64,000 bases of DNA, from contig DASZZH010000028.1 in assembly GCA_035543335.1 (NCBI GenBank), forward strand, positions 16,392 through 80,391, read 5' to 3'. The position numbers and the translations under genes are program-made. The notes below the pieces were generated by a model. That model was not told the DNA's origin. It saw only the letters and a list, made by a program, of their open reading frames with translations, and did no database searches. Positions 43,186 through 52,948 of this stretch are shown one piece after another (positions within the stretch are counted from its first letter, which is position 1; the number at the start of each line of letters is the position of its first letter). This stretch comes from Burkholderiales bacterium (lineage in GTDB: Bacteria > Pseudomonadota > Gammaproteobacteria > Burkholderiales > JAHFRG01).

Positions 43186-44433
43186 GTGGCACCCGGCACA
43201 CACTACTTTTTCAACCCACCCATGATTTCACTGCAACACTACAAGCTGCTTTTTCGCGCGCCCAATGTCGCCCCCGCTGTCCTGGCTTCGGTGATCGGGC
43301 GCATTCCCATGAGCATTACCGGTCTGGCGATTCTGCTCTTGGTGCAGTCGAAAGCGGGCTCCTTTGCTTTGGCGGGAGTGGTCAGCGCGCTTTATGTTCT
43401 GGGGCTTGCGGTGCTGGCGCCGTTTCTTGGCCGCTTGATCGACCGGGTGGGGCCAAAGCCGGTTTTGAGCATGAGCGCGGTGATGTATCCGGCAGCGCTT
43501 ATCGCGCTGGTGCTGCTCGTAACCCAGTCCGCTCAATCATTCTGGATCGCTACGTGTGCGGCTGTTGCGGGTGCGGCCATGCCGCCGATCACGGTTTGCA
43601 TGCGCGCGCTTTATCCGCAATTGCTGAAAGAGGACAAACTGCTGCAAACCGCTTATTCGCTCGATTCGGCGTTGATCGAGATGATTTTCATTCTGGGCCC
43701 GAACCTGGTTGCCGCTTTTGTCGCCATGCACTACACGCAGGGTGCGATGCTGTTTGCCGCGGCCTGTGCGCCGCTGGGAAGTTTTGTCTTCCTGCGCTCG
43801 CCGGCGATCAAGCGCTGGAAGCTGCATGCGGCGGATCCGCGGCGCAGCCTGCTTGGACCGCTGCATGATCCGCGGCTTCTCGCCATTTTTATCGCCACTG
43901 CCCTTTATTCAGCGGCTTTTGGATTGTTCGAAGTCGGGGTCACGGGGTTCGCAACCCATCGAGGCGCGCCTGCTGCCGCAGGCGTGATATTGGGGCTCGC
44001 CAGTGTGGGCAGCGCGCTCGGCGTTTTAATGTACGGCAGCCGCGATTGGGTCCTTCCGGTGACCAAACAGTTTCTGCTTGCGCTCGCGGCCATGGCCGCG
44101 GGTATTTTATTGGTGGTGCCGGTCAGCAATCTCTATGGGTTCACTGTGGTTGCCATCATCGGCTGCGCGCCGATGTCGGTGGTGTTGGCGGCGACCTCCA
44201 CCCTGATTTCAAAAATGGCATCGCGCGCAATGCTCGCTGAAAGCTTCACTTGGATGGCGACTTGCCTGCTTGCCGGAATCAGCGCCGGTATCGCCGCAGG
44301 CGGTATCCTGGTCGAGCATTTTTCGGCGACACCGGTATTCCTTGCGGCCGCGGCGGTGACTGGAATTGCGGGAATGATAGCCGCGCTGAAGTTATCCGCT
44401 AGGTCGCTTCAGCCTGTGAGTGGAGAAACATAA
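43186..44433 (+). CDS. MFS transporter
   Basis: 415 aa, about 12 predicted TM helices (start may be M13, 43222). Confidence 0.75.
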   Translation: MAPGTHYFFNPPMISLQHYKLLFRAPNVAPAVLASVIGRIPMSITGLAILLLVQSKAGSFALAGVVSALYVLGLAVLAPFLGRLIDRVGPKPVLSMSAVMYPAALIALVLLVTQSAQSFWIATCAAVAGAAMPPITVCMRALYPQLLKEDKLLQTAYSLDSALIEMIFILGPNLVAAFVAMHYTQGAMLFAAACAPLGSFVFLRSPAIKRWKLHAADPRRSLLGPLHDPRLLAIFIATALYSAAFGLFEVGVTGFATHRGAPAAAGVILGLASVGSALGVLMYGSRDWVLPVTKQFLLALAAMAAGILLVVPVSNLYGFTVVAIIGCAPMSVVLAATSTLISKMASRAMLAESFTWMATCLLAGISAGIAAGGILVEHFSATPVFLAAAAVTGIAGMIAALKLSARSLQPVSGET

Positions 44434-44457
44434 AGCGGTTGGCGTTTCTAGTCGGTT

Positions 44458-45162
44458 TCAGTTGCGCTCGTCCTTGAATCCGACTTGCCAGTGGGAGCCG
44501 TCGCAGAACGGTTTATTTTTGGAGGCGCCGCAACGGCAAAGCGTGTAATGCTCGGTGGAGGCGCCTTCGCCGAAGGCTTGGCCCATCAGTGAGATACCGC
44601 CGGTCACGGCGTAGGGGCCATCCCCGGTTACAGTTACTCGGGGCGGCCGTTCCTGGTCGCGGTGTTCTACATCGCTTATTGAATAACTCAATGCGCCGGA
44701 TGGACAGCGTTTGATGGTTTCGATAATTTTTTCAACAGCCGCTCCGTCGGGATCAATCCACGGCTCTGCGCGCATCTTGAAAACCGAGACAAGCCCGTCA
44801 GTGCAATGCCCGGCATGGGCGCAAATGCCGCGATTGTCGTGGATGGTGATGCGCTTGCCTTGGTAGCTCACACGTTTGTTCAAGCTGCCGCCCTCGAACT
44901 TTTTGTCGCTGAACCCGCTGGTGCCGTGGGTGCCGTCGCAAAAAGGCTTGTTCTTGGAGCCGCCGCAGCGGCACAGCGCCACGCCGCGCACGCAAGAGAG
45001 ACTTTTGCCCTTGGAGTTCCGCAGATTGGGGACTACCGCGGGAGCGAGGTCATTGAGCAGGTAGTAAGGCCCGTTAGGAAGGCACGCGATTGCCGGTTTT
45101 GAACTAGTGCTCACCTCGAACCTTCTTTTTCGCTCTTGCGCTAAATTCAGCTTTGCACCCAC
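44458..45162 (-). CDS. CDGSH iron-sulfur domain protein (two CDGSH motifs plus a central Cys-rich segment)
   Basis: CRCGGSKNKPFCDGTH and CRCGASKNKPFCDGSH motifs. Confidence 0.75.
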   Translation of the reverse strand: MGAKLNLAQERKRRFEVSTSSKPAIACLPNGPYYLLNDLAPAVVPNLRNSKGKSLSCVRGVALCRCGGSKNKPFCDGTHGTSGFSDKKFEGGSLNKRVSYQGKRITIHDNRGICAHAGHCTDGLVSVFKMRAEPWIDPDGAAVEKIIETIKRCPSGALSYSISDVEHRDQERPPRVTVTGDGPYAVTGGISLMGQAFGEGASTEHYTLCRCGASKNKPFCDGSHWQVGFKDERN

Positions 45163-45626
45163 GGAAGGCCCGCCGCGCGCCAGCCGCCCGTGGTGTTGCG
45201 GTGACTGCCGCCGTCCTTGTCTCCTTCGAATCCTTCCAGCACGTTAAAGCTGTTGCTATAGCCAGCTTGGTTTGCTGCGACCGCCGCGGTGTGAGAGCGC
45301 TGGCCGCTCCTGCACATGAAAAGCACCAGTGAATCCGGGCCCACTTGCTGCTTGAGCTGGTTTAGGAAATTGGGGTTGGGTTGCATGCCTGGATAAGTGA
45401 GGAGCTCGATTTCCACGCTGCCGGGAACGCGCCCGACCCAGTCCCACTCGGCGCGGGAGCGCACATCCACCAGCTTCGCGCCTTTCTCGGCCATCAACTG
45501 ATAGGCTTCGCTGGGGGTGAGTGCTCCCTGGTAAGGCAGCTTCATTTCCTTGGCGCGGCTTTCGGCGGTTTTCAGGATTTCATCGGCTTTCATGGCGGGC
45601 TCGCTAGATGTTAGGAGACGACCCAT
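45147..45626 (-). CDS. Rhodanese-domain sulfurtransferase
   Basis: Active-site loop FMCRSGQRSHTAA; overlaps the CDGSH gene start by 16 nt. Confidence 0.8.
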   Translation of the reverse strand: MGRLLTSSEPAMKADEILKTAESRAKEMKLPYQGALTPSEAYQLMAEKGAKLVDVRSRAEWDWVGRVPGSVEIELLTYPGMQPNPNFLNQLKQQVGPDSLVLFMCRSGQRSHTAAVAANQAGYSNSFNVLEGFEGDKDGGSHRNTTGGWRAAGLPWVQS

Positions 45627-45654
45627 TATAGCTAAAAACCATGGCCGGGCTTAC

Positions 45655-45669
45655 GCACAATAATGGTGC
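45655..45669 (+). promoter_or_regulatory. Candidate NtrC-binding site GCACAATAATGGTGC
   Basis: Imperfect dyad resembling TGCACC-N5-GGTGCA, about 105 nt upstream of the sigma54-like promoter. A weaker dyad lies at 45684-45701. Confidence 0.45.
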
Positions 45670-45761
45670 GATTGAAGTTTTTTTGTGCCACTTTAGTGCG
45701 CTCTAATCCGCTATTCAACGGCTAAGGACTTGTGGCACAATAGATTGCTCATTTTTAGCAG

Positions 45762-45777
45762 TGGCACATTTCATGCT
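45762..45777 (+). promoter_or_regulatory. Sigma54-type promoter TGGCAC-N5-ATGCT upstream of glnA
   Basis: tggcacatttcatgct has correct GG-N10-GC spacing, 67 nt upstream of the glnA ATG. Confidence 0.6.
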
Positions 45778-45843
45778 CAGCAAGTCCCTGCCGATTTCCT
45801 CAATCTTAAAAATACCCTGCACTTTCAATCTTAGGAGAGAAAA

Positions 45844-47256
45844 ATGGCGTCGCCCGCTGATGTATTCAAAATAATCAAGGAAAAAGAGGTCAAGTTCGTG
45901 GACCTGCGTTTTACCGACACCCGCGGCAAGGAACAGCATGTCACGGTTCCCGTGAAGGCTTTTAGCGAACTCAAGTTTACTGACGGCCATTTTTTCGACG
46001 GTTCGTCCATTGCCGGTTGGAAAAGCATTGAAGCCTCCGACATGGTGTTGCTGCCCGACCCTGACAGCGCCCGCATGGATCCATTTACGGACGAGGCGGT
46101 GCTCAATATCACCTGCGACGTGATTGAGCCTTCCGATGGCAAGGGATATGATCGCGATCCGCGCTCAATTGCCAAGCGCGGTGAAGCTTATCTCAAATCC
46201 ACGGGCATCGCCGACACCGCGTTTTTCGGTCCGGAGCCCGAGTTCTTCATTTTTGACTCCGTGACCTGGAACGTGGACATGTCCGGCTGCTTCGTCAAAA
46301 TCAAATCCGAAGAAGCACCGTGGTCTTCGGGTGAAGAATTCGAAGGCGGCAACTCGGCGCATCGCGCGCCGGTGAAGGGAGGCTACTTTCCGGTGCCGCC
46401 GACCGATAGCCTGCATGACATTCGCAATGCCATGGTGCTCGCAATGGAAGAGCAAGGCGTCGAATGCGAAGTGCACCATCACGAAGTGGCGGCCGCGGGA
46501 CAAAACGAAATCGGCACCCTGTACAACAGCTTGGTGAAGCGCGCCGACTGGATGCAAATCCTCAAGTACACGATCTGGAACGTGGCGCACTCCTACGGCA
46601 AGACCGCGACATTCATGCCCAAGCCCATCGTCGGCGATAACGGCTCCGGCATGCACGTGCACCAGTCGTTGGCGAAGGACGGCAAGAATCTTTTCACCGG
46701 CAACGGCTATGCGGGGCTGTCGGAACTCGCACTTTATTACATCGGCGGCATCATCAAGCACGCCAGGGCGTTGAACGCCATCACCAACCCGGGCACCAAT
46801 TCCTATAAGCGGCTGGTTCCGGGGTTCGAGGCGCCGATCAATCTGGCGTATTCGTCGCGCAACCGTTCTGCGGCGGTGCGTGTGCCGCTGGTGTCGAATC
46901 CGAAAGCGCGGCGCATCGAGGTGCGCTTCCCCGATCCGATCACCAACCCCTATCTCGCTTTTACCGCGATGATGATGGCGGGGCTTGACGGCATACAGAA
47001 GAAAATTCATCCGGGCGATCCGATCGACAAGAACCTCTATGACCTCCCGCCCGAAGAGGCGAAGAAGGTTCCGCATCCGTGCGCGTCTCTGGAAGAAGCG
47101 CTGGAGTGCCTGAACAAGGACCGCGAGTTCCTGACGCGTGGTGGCGTGTTCTCCAACGACATGCTCGACGCTTATGTCGCGCTCAAGATGGAAGAAGTAA
47201 CGCGCTTTCGCATGACCACGCATCCGGTGGAGTTCGACATGTACTACAGCCTGTAA
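45844..47256 (+). CDS. glnA: Glutamine synthetase type I
   Basis: 470 aa; full-length GlnA pattern including the adenylylation-site region ...NLYDLPPEE. Confidence 0.95.
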   Translation: MASPADVFKIIKEKEVKFVDLRFTDTRGKEQHVTVPVKAFSELKFTDGHFFDGSSIAGWKSIEASDMVLLPDPDSARMDPFTDEAVLNITCDVIEPSDGKGYDRDPRSIAKRGEAYLKSTGIADTAFFGPEPEFFIFDSVTWNVDMSGCFVKIKSEEAPWSSGEEFEGGNSAHRAPVKGGYFPVPPTDSLHDIRNAMVLAMEEQGVECEVHHHEVAAAGQNEIGTLYNSLVKRADWMQILKYTIWNVAHSYGKTATFMPKPIVGDNGSGMHVHQSLAKDGKNLFTGNGYAGLSELALYYIGGIIKHARALNAITNPGTNSYKRLVPGFEAPINLAYSSRNRSAAVRVPLVSNPKARRIEVRFPDPITNPYLAFTAMMMAGLDGIQKKIHPGDPIDKNLYDLPPEEAKKVPHPCASLEEALECLNKDREFLTRGGVFSNDMLDAYVALKMEEVTRFRMTTHPVEFDMYYSL

Positions 47257-47488
47257 TCGCAACCTGCGTCTGCTCTCGACCAGTTGCGATATCTCTAACC
47301 AGGCTGGCAAAGCTCTTACAACAGAGCAGGGTTCCCCGTCCTGTTTTGTTTTTGGTCAACGAAAATTTGCGATGATACGTTGATTGCATTTAAAATTTGG
47401 CAAGTATGGCCTACACTGTTAGGCTATTATCCGGCACCGAATGTGGCGAAAAAGAGTCTAAAGCCGCAGGTGCCGTAATCGTCTGGAA

Positions 47489-47947
47489 GTGTGGGGAAGA
47501 AGCATGAGAACTGTATTGGCAGTCGCGTTGTTGCTGGCTTGGACGCCGGCCCTGGCCGAAATCTACAAACATGTGGATAAAGAAGGCCGAATCACCTATT
47601 CCAATATTCCAAGCAAGGGCGCGCAAAAGCTCAATCTGGAGCCTTTGACCACTATTCCCGGCTACAAACCGCCGGCTGGCGGGCCAGGCAATTTTCCAAA
47701 AGTCGACGCCGAGACGCAAAAAAACCGTGACGGGAAACGCCGCCAGCTTCTTGAAAGCGAGCTGGAGCAGGAAAAAATACAGCTAGAAGAAGCCAAGAAA
47801 GCGCTCGCTGAGGCGGAGGCCACGCGCATGGGCGATGAGCGCAATTACCAGAGATTTCTGGATCGCGTTCAGCCGTTCAAGAATGCAGTCGCCGACCACG
47901 AAAAGAACGTCGCCGCGCTACAACAAGAGCTCGGCGAGTTCAGGTAA
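47489..47947 (+). CDS. DUF4124 domain protein (secreted, coiled-coil C-terminus)
   Basis: Signal peptide then AEIYKHVDKEGRITYSNIPSKGAQKL (DUF4124 motif); start probably M6 (47504). Confidence 0.7.
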   Translation: MWGRSMRTVLAVALLLAWTPALAEIYKHVDKEGRITYSNIPSKGAQKLNLEPLTTIPGYKPPAGGPGNFPKVDAETQKNRDGKRRQLLESELEQEKIQLEEAKKALAEAEATRMGDERNYQRFLDRVQPFKNAVADHEKNVAALQQELGEFR

Positions 47948-48256
47948 GCGCGTGCGGAAGCGCGGATTCGAGCGGCTCGTGCAAGCGTGGATTCATCTCC
48001 AGGTTCGAAAAATTGCGCAGCTGAATGGCGTAGAGTTGCCAAGGAAAAAGAGATGGCGGCAGCTTTATGGTGTGCGCCTCTGGCCCGGTCATGCGGGTTT
48101 ATTTTTTTCCAAACTTTGCAACTCAAATTAGGACACTACCCGGCCGTTGATTCAATTGAAAATTCCCGGGGCATGGCCTACACTAGCTTGAAGTCGGCAC
48201 CTCGAGCGCGGAGGAATAAGCTGCGGATGCCGCCCTGATTTTCGAGGTGTGAAAGT

Positions 48257-48742
48257 ATGCGAACTCTTATAGCAATGGTTCTGATGCTCGCCGCGGCGCA
48301 CGCCGGGGCCGAGATTTACAAGCACGTTGATGAGGACGGCCGCATCACCTATTCCAATATTCCCAGCAAGGGCGCGCAAAAGCTGAATCTTGAGCCGTTC
48401 AATACCGACCCTTCGAGCAAGCCCAAAAACCAAACCCCCGATAACTTTCCCAAAGTAGACGCCGAAACGCAAAAAGGCCGCGATTACAAACGCCGCCAAG
48501 TTCTTGAGGACGAACTGGCGCAGGAGATGAAAGCACTCGACGAAGCGAAAAAAGCACTTGCCGACGGCGAGGGGGTGAGCCTGGGCGACGAGGCATTCAC
48601 GGTCACGGGCAAGGACGGGAAGAAAATCATCCGCCACAATTATCAGAGATACTTGGACCGCGTGCAGAAGCTCAAGGATGATATCGCCTCGCACGAAAAG
48701 AACGTCGCCGCGCTCCAGCAAGAGCTCGACGGGTTCAGGTAA
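48257..48742 (+). CDS. DUF4124 domain protein, tandem paralog
   Basis: AEIYKHVDEDGRITYSNIPSKGAQKL; C-terminus ...HEKNVAALQQELDGFR parallels the 47489 product. Confidence 0.7.
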   Translation: MRTLIAMVLMLAAAHAGAEIYKHVDEDGRITYSNIPSKGAQKLNLEPFNTDPSSKPKNQTPDNFPKVDAETQKGRDYKRRQVLEDELAQEMKALDEAKKALADGEGVSLGDEAFTVTGKDGKKIIRHNYQRYLDRVQKLKDDIASHEKNVAALQQELDGFR

Positions 48743-48789
48743 GCGCGTGCGGAATCGCGGTCTCGAGCGGCTTGCGCAAGCCCGGTTCA

Positions 48790-49076
48790 GCCTTTAACAG
48801 GGTGTTGAAAAACTCTCCGGTAGCCGCGTTTGACACGAAAATGCTCAGATGCAAGGCGCGCGACGAAGGTCGTAGCCAGGACTACGATGCCGAGGAGCGC
48901 AACGCAGCAGATGGGCATTTTCGTGCAAACCGGATGGGGCGTGGCTTTCCGGGCGGTCTGCTTTGTCGCTCGCCTTGCGAATATGCAACGGCTATTCGAC
49001 GCGGCTCGCTTCGCGCATCCCATCCCGGAAAGCCGACGCCGCGGCCCCGTGGAGTTCTTCAACACCCTGTTAAGCC
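48790..49076. mobile_element. MITE-like 287-bp element with ~25-bp terminal inverted repeats
   Basis: Left GCCTTTAACAGGGTGTTGAAAAACTC (48790-48815) vs right GAGTTCTTCAACACCCTGTTAAGCC (49052-49076), about 23/26 complementary. Internal hairpin ggtcgtagccaggactacgat. No coding capacity. Confidence 0.6.
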
Positions 49077-49148
49077 TCATTCGCAGCCGCCCGCCGTAAA
49101 TCTCCAGCGGTGGCGCGGTTCTTGCTGTAACTTTTCCCGCCTTGGCCT

Positions 49149-50228
49149 GTGCTCATGATGCCCGCAATCTTTCATGGACTCGAATTGCTTGCCACTGCAG
49201 TGATTCTTCTCGACGAGGATCTGCTGATGCAATATGCCAATCCCGCCGCGGAGAACCTGTTTGAGTTGAGCACCCGCAACATCGAAGGACGGCCGCTCGA
49301 ACAGGTGTTTGACGGGGCGGGCGTGATCACCACCGCCGTGAATTATGCGCTTGACCATAATTGCAGTTACATCGAGCACGATTTGCAGCTTGGTGTGCAT
49401 GGGCGTCCCAGGCTGCACCTGAGCTGCGCGGTGAGCGCGCTGGAGACACCGTCGGCGCGCGTCCTCCTGGAGTTCAGGCAAATGGATCAGCAACTGAAAA
49501 TCGCACGGGAAGAGCACATGCTGGAGCAGCAGCAGATGAACCGCGAGCTCATTCGCAACCTGGCGCACGAAATCAAGAACCCGCTGGGCGGCATCCGCGG
49601 CGCGGCGCAATTGCTGGAGAGGGAACTTGAGCGCGCCAGCCTGCATGAATACACCCAGGTCATCATCACGGAAGCCGACCGCCTGCAGTCGTTGATGAAC
49701 CGCCTGCTGATGCCGCACCGTTTGCCGCGGCTGACCGAGATCAACATCCACGAAGTGCTGGAGCAGATGAAAACGGTGTTACTTGCGGAATATCCGCGGG
49801 GCATCGAAATCCAGCGTGATTACGACAGCAGTCTGCCGCCGCTTTTCGGCGACCGCGAGCAGTTGATACAGGCGACATTGAATATCATGCGCAATGCGGC
49901 GCAGGCGATGCAGGGCAAGGGCAAAATCGTTCTGCGCACGCGCATTGCGCGGCGGACCACGCTGGCGAAGAAGCGCCACCGGCTGGTCATTGCGGTGCAG
50001 ATCATCAACGACGGGCCGGGCATACCCGAAACGATACGCGAAAGAATTTTTTACCCGCTGGTCTCGGGCAAGGAAGGCGGCAGCGGACTGGGGCTCACCA
50101 TCGCCCAGACGTTCGTCAACCAGCACCATGGTATTATCGAATGCGAAAGCCGGCCGGGGCACACCTGCTTTACTCTGCTTCTGCCGCTTCCTGAAAACGG
50201 CAACGCGCAACCGGAGTCGGCCAGATGA
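49149..50228 (+). CDS. glnL: Nitrogen-regulation sensor histidine kinase NtrB
   Basis: 359 aa; PAS region, H-box LAHEIKNPLGGIRGAAQLL, N/G boxes (…GSGLGLTIAQ…). Confidence 0.9.
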   Translation: MLMMPAIFHGLELLATAVILLDEDLLMQYANPAAENLFELSTRNIEGRPLEQVFDGAGVITTAVNYALDHNCSYIEHDLQLGVHGRPRLHLSCAVSALETPSARVLLEFRQMDQQLKIAREEHMLEQQQMNRELIRNLAHEIKNPLGGIRGAAQLLERELERASLHEYTQVIITEADRLQSLMNRLLMPHRLPRLTEINIHEVLEQMKTVLLAEYPRGIEIQRDYDSSLPPLFGDREQLIQATLNIMRNAAQAMQGKGKIVLRTRIARRTTLAKKRHRLVIAVQIINDGPGIPETIRERIFYPLVSGKEGGSGLGLTIAQTFVNQHHGIIECESRPGHTCFTLLLPLPENGNAQPESAR

Positions 50229-51622
50229 AACCGGTTTGGATTATCGACGACGACCGCTCCATCCGCTGGGTGCTGGAAAAGGCGCTCGCGCGCGAAGGCA
50301 TCGCGTTCAAAACTTTTGCCGCCGCGCCCGAAGCCATGGCGGCGCTGGGTTCCGACGCGCCGCAGGTGGTGGTATCGGACATCCGCATGCCGGGCGGCTC
50401 GGGCCTCGAACTTCTGCAAACGCTCAAGCAGCGCTTCCCGCAACTCCCCGTCATCATCATGACGGCTTACTCCGATTTGGACAGCGCGGTAGCGGCGTTC
50501 CAGGGCGGCGCGTTCGAGTATCTGCCCAAGCCGTTCGACGTTGACCATGCGGTGGAATTGATCCGCCGCGCCATGCAGCGGCTATCGTCCGAAGAGGATG
50601 AAGCGGAGACGGCGAAGGCTCCGGAAATTCTCGGCCAGGCGGCCTCGATGCAGGAAGTATTTCGGGCGATTGGCAGGCTTTCCCAGTCGCAGGCGACGGT
50701 GCTGATTACCGGCGAATCGGGAACCGGCAAGGAGTTGGTAGCGCTAGCTTTGCATCGCCACAGCCCGCGCGCGCAAAAACCGTTCGTTGCGATCAATACG
50801 GCCGCCATCCCCAAGGATTTGCTGGAATCCGAATTGTTCGGCCATGAGCGCGGCGCGTTTACCGGCGCGCAGAGCATGCGCCGCGGCCGCTTCGAGCAGG
50901 CCGACGCCGGCACCCTGTTTCTTGACGAAATAGGCGACATGCCCGCCGATTTGCAAACCCGCTTGTTGCGGGTGCTGTCCGACGGGCAATTTTATCGTGT
51001 GGGCGGGCACCAGCCGATCAAGGCCAACGTGAGGGTCATCGCCGCTACTCACCAGGACCTCGAGCAGCGGGCGAAGCAAGGGTTGTTTCGCGAAGATTTA
51101 TTCCACCGCCTGAACGTGATTCGGCTGCGCCTGCCGTCCTTGCGCGAACGGCGCGATGACATCCCGCTGCTCGCGCGGCATTTTTTGCAAAAAAGCGCGA
51201 GAGAACTCTCGGTGGAGCCGAAACGGCTTTCCGATGCCTTCCTCAAATTTCTCGCTGCCCAGGATTTTCCGGGCAATGTGCGGCAGCTGGAAAACCTCTG
51301 TCACTGGCTCACGGTGATGGCGCCGGGGCAGAACATCGAAGTGAAAGACCTGCCGCCCGAGTTGCGCGCGGTGAGCGGCGTTCAGGAAACCGACTGGTCC
51401 GGCGCTTTGGAAAAGGAAGTGGAGCGTGCGCTCAACCGCGGCGACAAGGCCATCATGGATGAACTCACCCGGCAGTTCGAGAAAACGCTCATCAGCAAGG
51501 CGCTTGCGCATACGGGCGGACGGCGCATCGAGGCCGCGAATTTGCTCGGGCTCGGCCGCAACACGCTCACCCGCAAAATCCAGGAGCTGGGGCTCGAGGA
51601 AAAGCCGGATAAAACTGATTAA
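50225..51622 (+). CDS. glnG: Sigma54-dependent response regulator NtrC
   Basis: 465 aa; receiver domain (…[10 protein letters not shown]…), AAA+ [18 protein letters not shown]-terminal Fis-type HTH. Confidence 0.93.
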   Translation: MKPVWIIDDDRSIRWVLEKALAREGIAFKTFAAAPEAMAALGSDAPQVVVSDIRMPGGSGLELLQTLKQRFPQLPVIIMTAYSDLDSAVAAFQGGAFEYLPKPFDVDHAVELIRRAMQRLSSEEDEAETAKAPEILGQAASMQEVFRAIGRLSQSQATVLITGESGTGKELVALALHRHSPRAQKPFVAINTAAIPKDLLESELFGHERGAFTGAQSMRRGRFEQADAGTLFLDEIGDMPADLQTRLLRVLSDGQFYRVGGHQPIKANVRVIAATHQDLEQRAKQGLFREDLFHRLNVIRLRLPSLRERRDDIPLLARHFLQKSARELSVEPKRLSDAFLKFLAAQDFPGNVRQLENLCHWLTVMAPGQNIEVKDLPPELRAVSGVQETDWSGALEKEVERALNRGDKAIMDELTRQFEKTLISKALAHTGGRRIEAANLLGLGRNTLTRKIQELGLEEKPDKTD

Positions 51623-52380
51623 ACTTCTGCCAGAACCGGCGCGTGGTCGGAGGGACGCTCATGCTGGCGCGGCGTGATATCGATGGTGCTGGATTTACAC
51701 GACGCGGCCAGCGCATCGTTTAACAGGATGTGATCGATGCGCAAGCCTAGATTGCGCTTGAACGCGTTCAGACGGTAATCCCACCAGCTGAAGGATTTTT
51801 CCGGCTGCCCAAACAGGCGGAAGCTGTCCTTGAGTCCCAGATCCAGCAGTTCGCGAAAGGCCTGTCGTTCCCTGGGACTCACCAGCACATTGCCTTCCCA
51901 GGCTTTGGGGTCGTGCACATCGCGGTCTTCCGGCGCGACATTGAAATCGCCCAGCACCGCAAGCCGGGGGTAGCGTTTGAGTTCCGTTTGCAGCCATTCT
52001 TTCAATGCGGCCAGCCAGTCGAGCTTGTAGCGGTATTTGTCCGAGTCCACGTTTTGCCCGTTGGGCACGTAAACGCAAATCACGCGCACGCCGTCAACGG
52101 TGGTGGCCAGCAAGCGCTTTTGCTCGTCGCTGAATTCCGGAATTGCAGCGATGATTTCCCCGCCGACCTGCCGGCTCAAAACAGCGACGCCGTTGTAGGT
52201 TTTCTGCCCCGTGAATAAAGAATGGTAACCCGCCGCACGAATTTCCCCGGCCGGAAAGTTGGCGTCTTCAAGCTTGGTTTCCTGCAGGCACAGCACATCG
52301 GGCTTTTGGGTGGAGAGCCACTCCAGAACCTGCGGCAAGCGGACCTTCAGCGAATTGACGTTCCAGGCGGCAAGCCGCAT
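51619..52380 (-). CDS. xthA: Exodeoxyribonuclease III
   Basis: Likely start M46 of the track ORF (52380): [22 protein letters not shown]...CLQETK...SDHAPV. Confidence 0.9.
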   Translation of the reverse strand: MRLAAWNVNSLKVRLPQVLEWLSTQKPDVLCLQETKLEDANFPAGEIRAAGYHSLFTGQKTYNGVAVLSRQVGGEIIAAIPEFSDEQKRLLATTVDGVRVICVYVPNGQNVDSDKYRYKLDWLAALKEWLQTELKRYPRLAVLGDFNVAPEDRDVHDPKAWEGNVLVSPRERQAFRELLDLGLKDSFRLFGQPEKSFSWWDYRLNAFKRNLGLRIDHILLNDALAASCKSSTIDITPRQHERPSDHAPVLAEV

Positions 52381-52931
52381 CAATAAGGCTTGGATTCCGG
52401 TGCGGGCGTGGGCGCCGGAGCTTCGCTTGGCTGTGGTCTGGGGGTTCTGCCGCCGGCGGGCGCTCCAGGAACCGGAGCTGAAGGGTAACCTGCGACATTC
52501 AACGCATTGTTCCAACTGGATTCTTCAAAGCCTCTGAGCGGTTGAGTGTTGCCCACGACCAGCACCGGCACCACCAAATCTCCTACGATTTTTTTTAACT
52601 CATCGGCATTCTCGGGCAAGGTTGGATTTTTTTCGGTGAACGGCACACCGCGCTTGTTCAGTAACTCGCGCGCTCTGGTGCATCCCGCGCCGCAATCGTT
52701 GACAAACAGGGTGATAGGGAAATTTTTAACAGCCTGCTGCAGGCCGTAGGATTGACTGCCTTCAATCACGCTCGCGCCGAGCTTTTTTTCCTGAACGTCT
52801 TTCACCGAAGGCGGTGGCGGCTGGTCGGAATAATGCACAATGCCCTCGCCATCCACCCAGCGGTAGAGATTCCCGGCCAGGCTCATGCTCGCGGAAAACA
52901 GCAAAAGACAAAATAAGAAACGAAGTTTCAT
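52380..52931 (-). CDS. DUF4124 plus glutaredoxin-like domain protein
   Basis: Signal peptide; [18 protein letters not shown] (DUF4124); [30 protein letters not shown] (Grx-like CxxC). Confidence 0.7.
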   Translation of the reverse strand: MKLRFLFCLLLFSASMSLAGNLYRWVDGEGIVHYSDQPPPPSVKDVQEKKLGASVIEGSQSYGLQQAVKNFPITLFVNDCGAGCTRARELLNKRGVPFTEKNPTLPENADELKKIVGDLVVPVLVVGNTQPLRGFEESSWNNALNVAGYPSAPVPGAPAGGRTPRPQPSEAPAPTPAPESKPY

Positions 52932-52948
52932 AGTGAATATTTTATCTG

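Larger units (their letters stand above)
47395..48795 (+). repeat. Diverged tandem duplication (~770-bp unit) of a DUF4124 gene with its flanks
   Basis: Shared 5' flank (atggcctacact), coding similarity, and shared 3' flank (gttcaggtaagcgcgtgcggaa[g/t]cgcgg...cgagcggct) at 47935-48000 and 48731-48795. Confidence 0.7.

Noticed and set aside
45733-45749. Second sigma54 promoter TGGCAC-N6-TTGCT upstream of glnA
   Set aside because: GG-to-GC spacing is 11 nt rather than the canonical 10. The downstream motif at 45762-45777 has correct spacing and is preferred. The upstream one may be a decoy or a weak site.
46165-47310. 381-aa ORF antisense to glnA; similar long shadow ORFs lie at 29405-30439 (in res), 7702-8496, 21134-21988, 37515-38243, 37678-38430, 12151-12831, 49077-49751 and 40767-41507
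   Set aside because: All overlap well-supported genes on the opposite strand or in another frame. They have Arg/Ala/Gly/Pro-rich low-complexity translations typical of GC-rich antisense frames and show no recognisable motifs.
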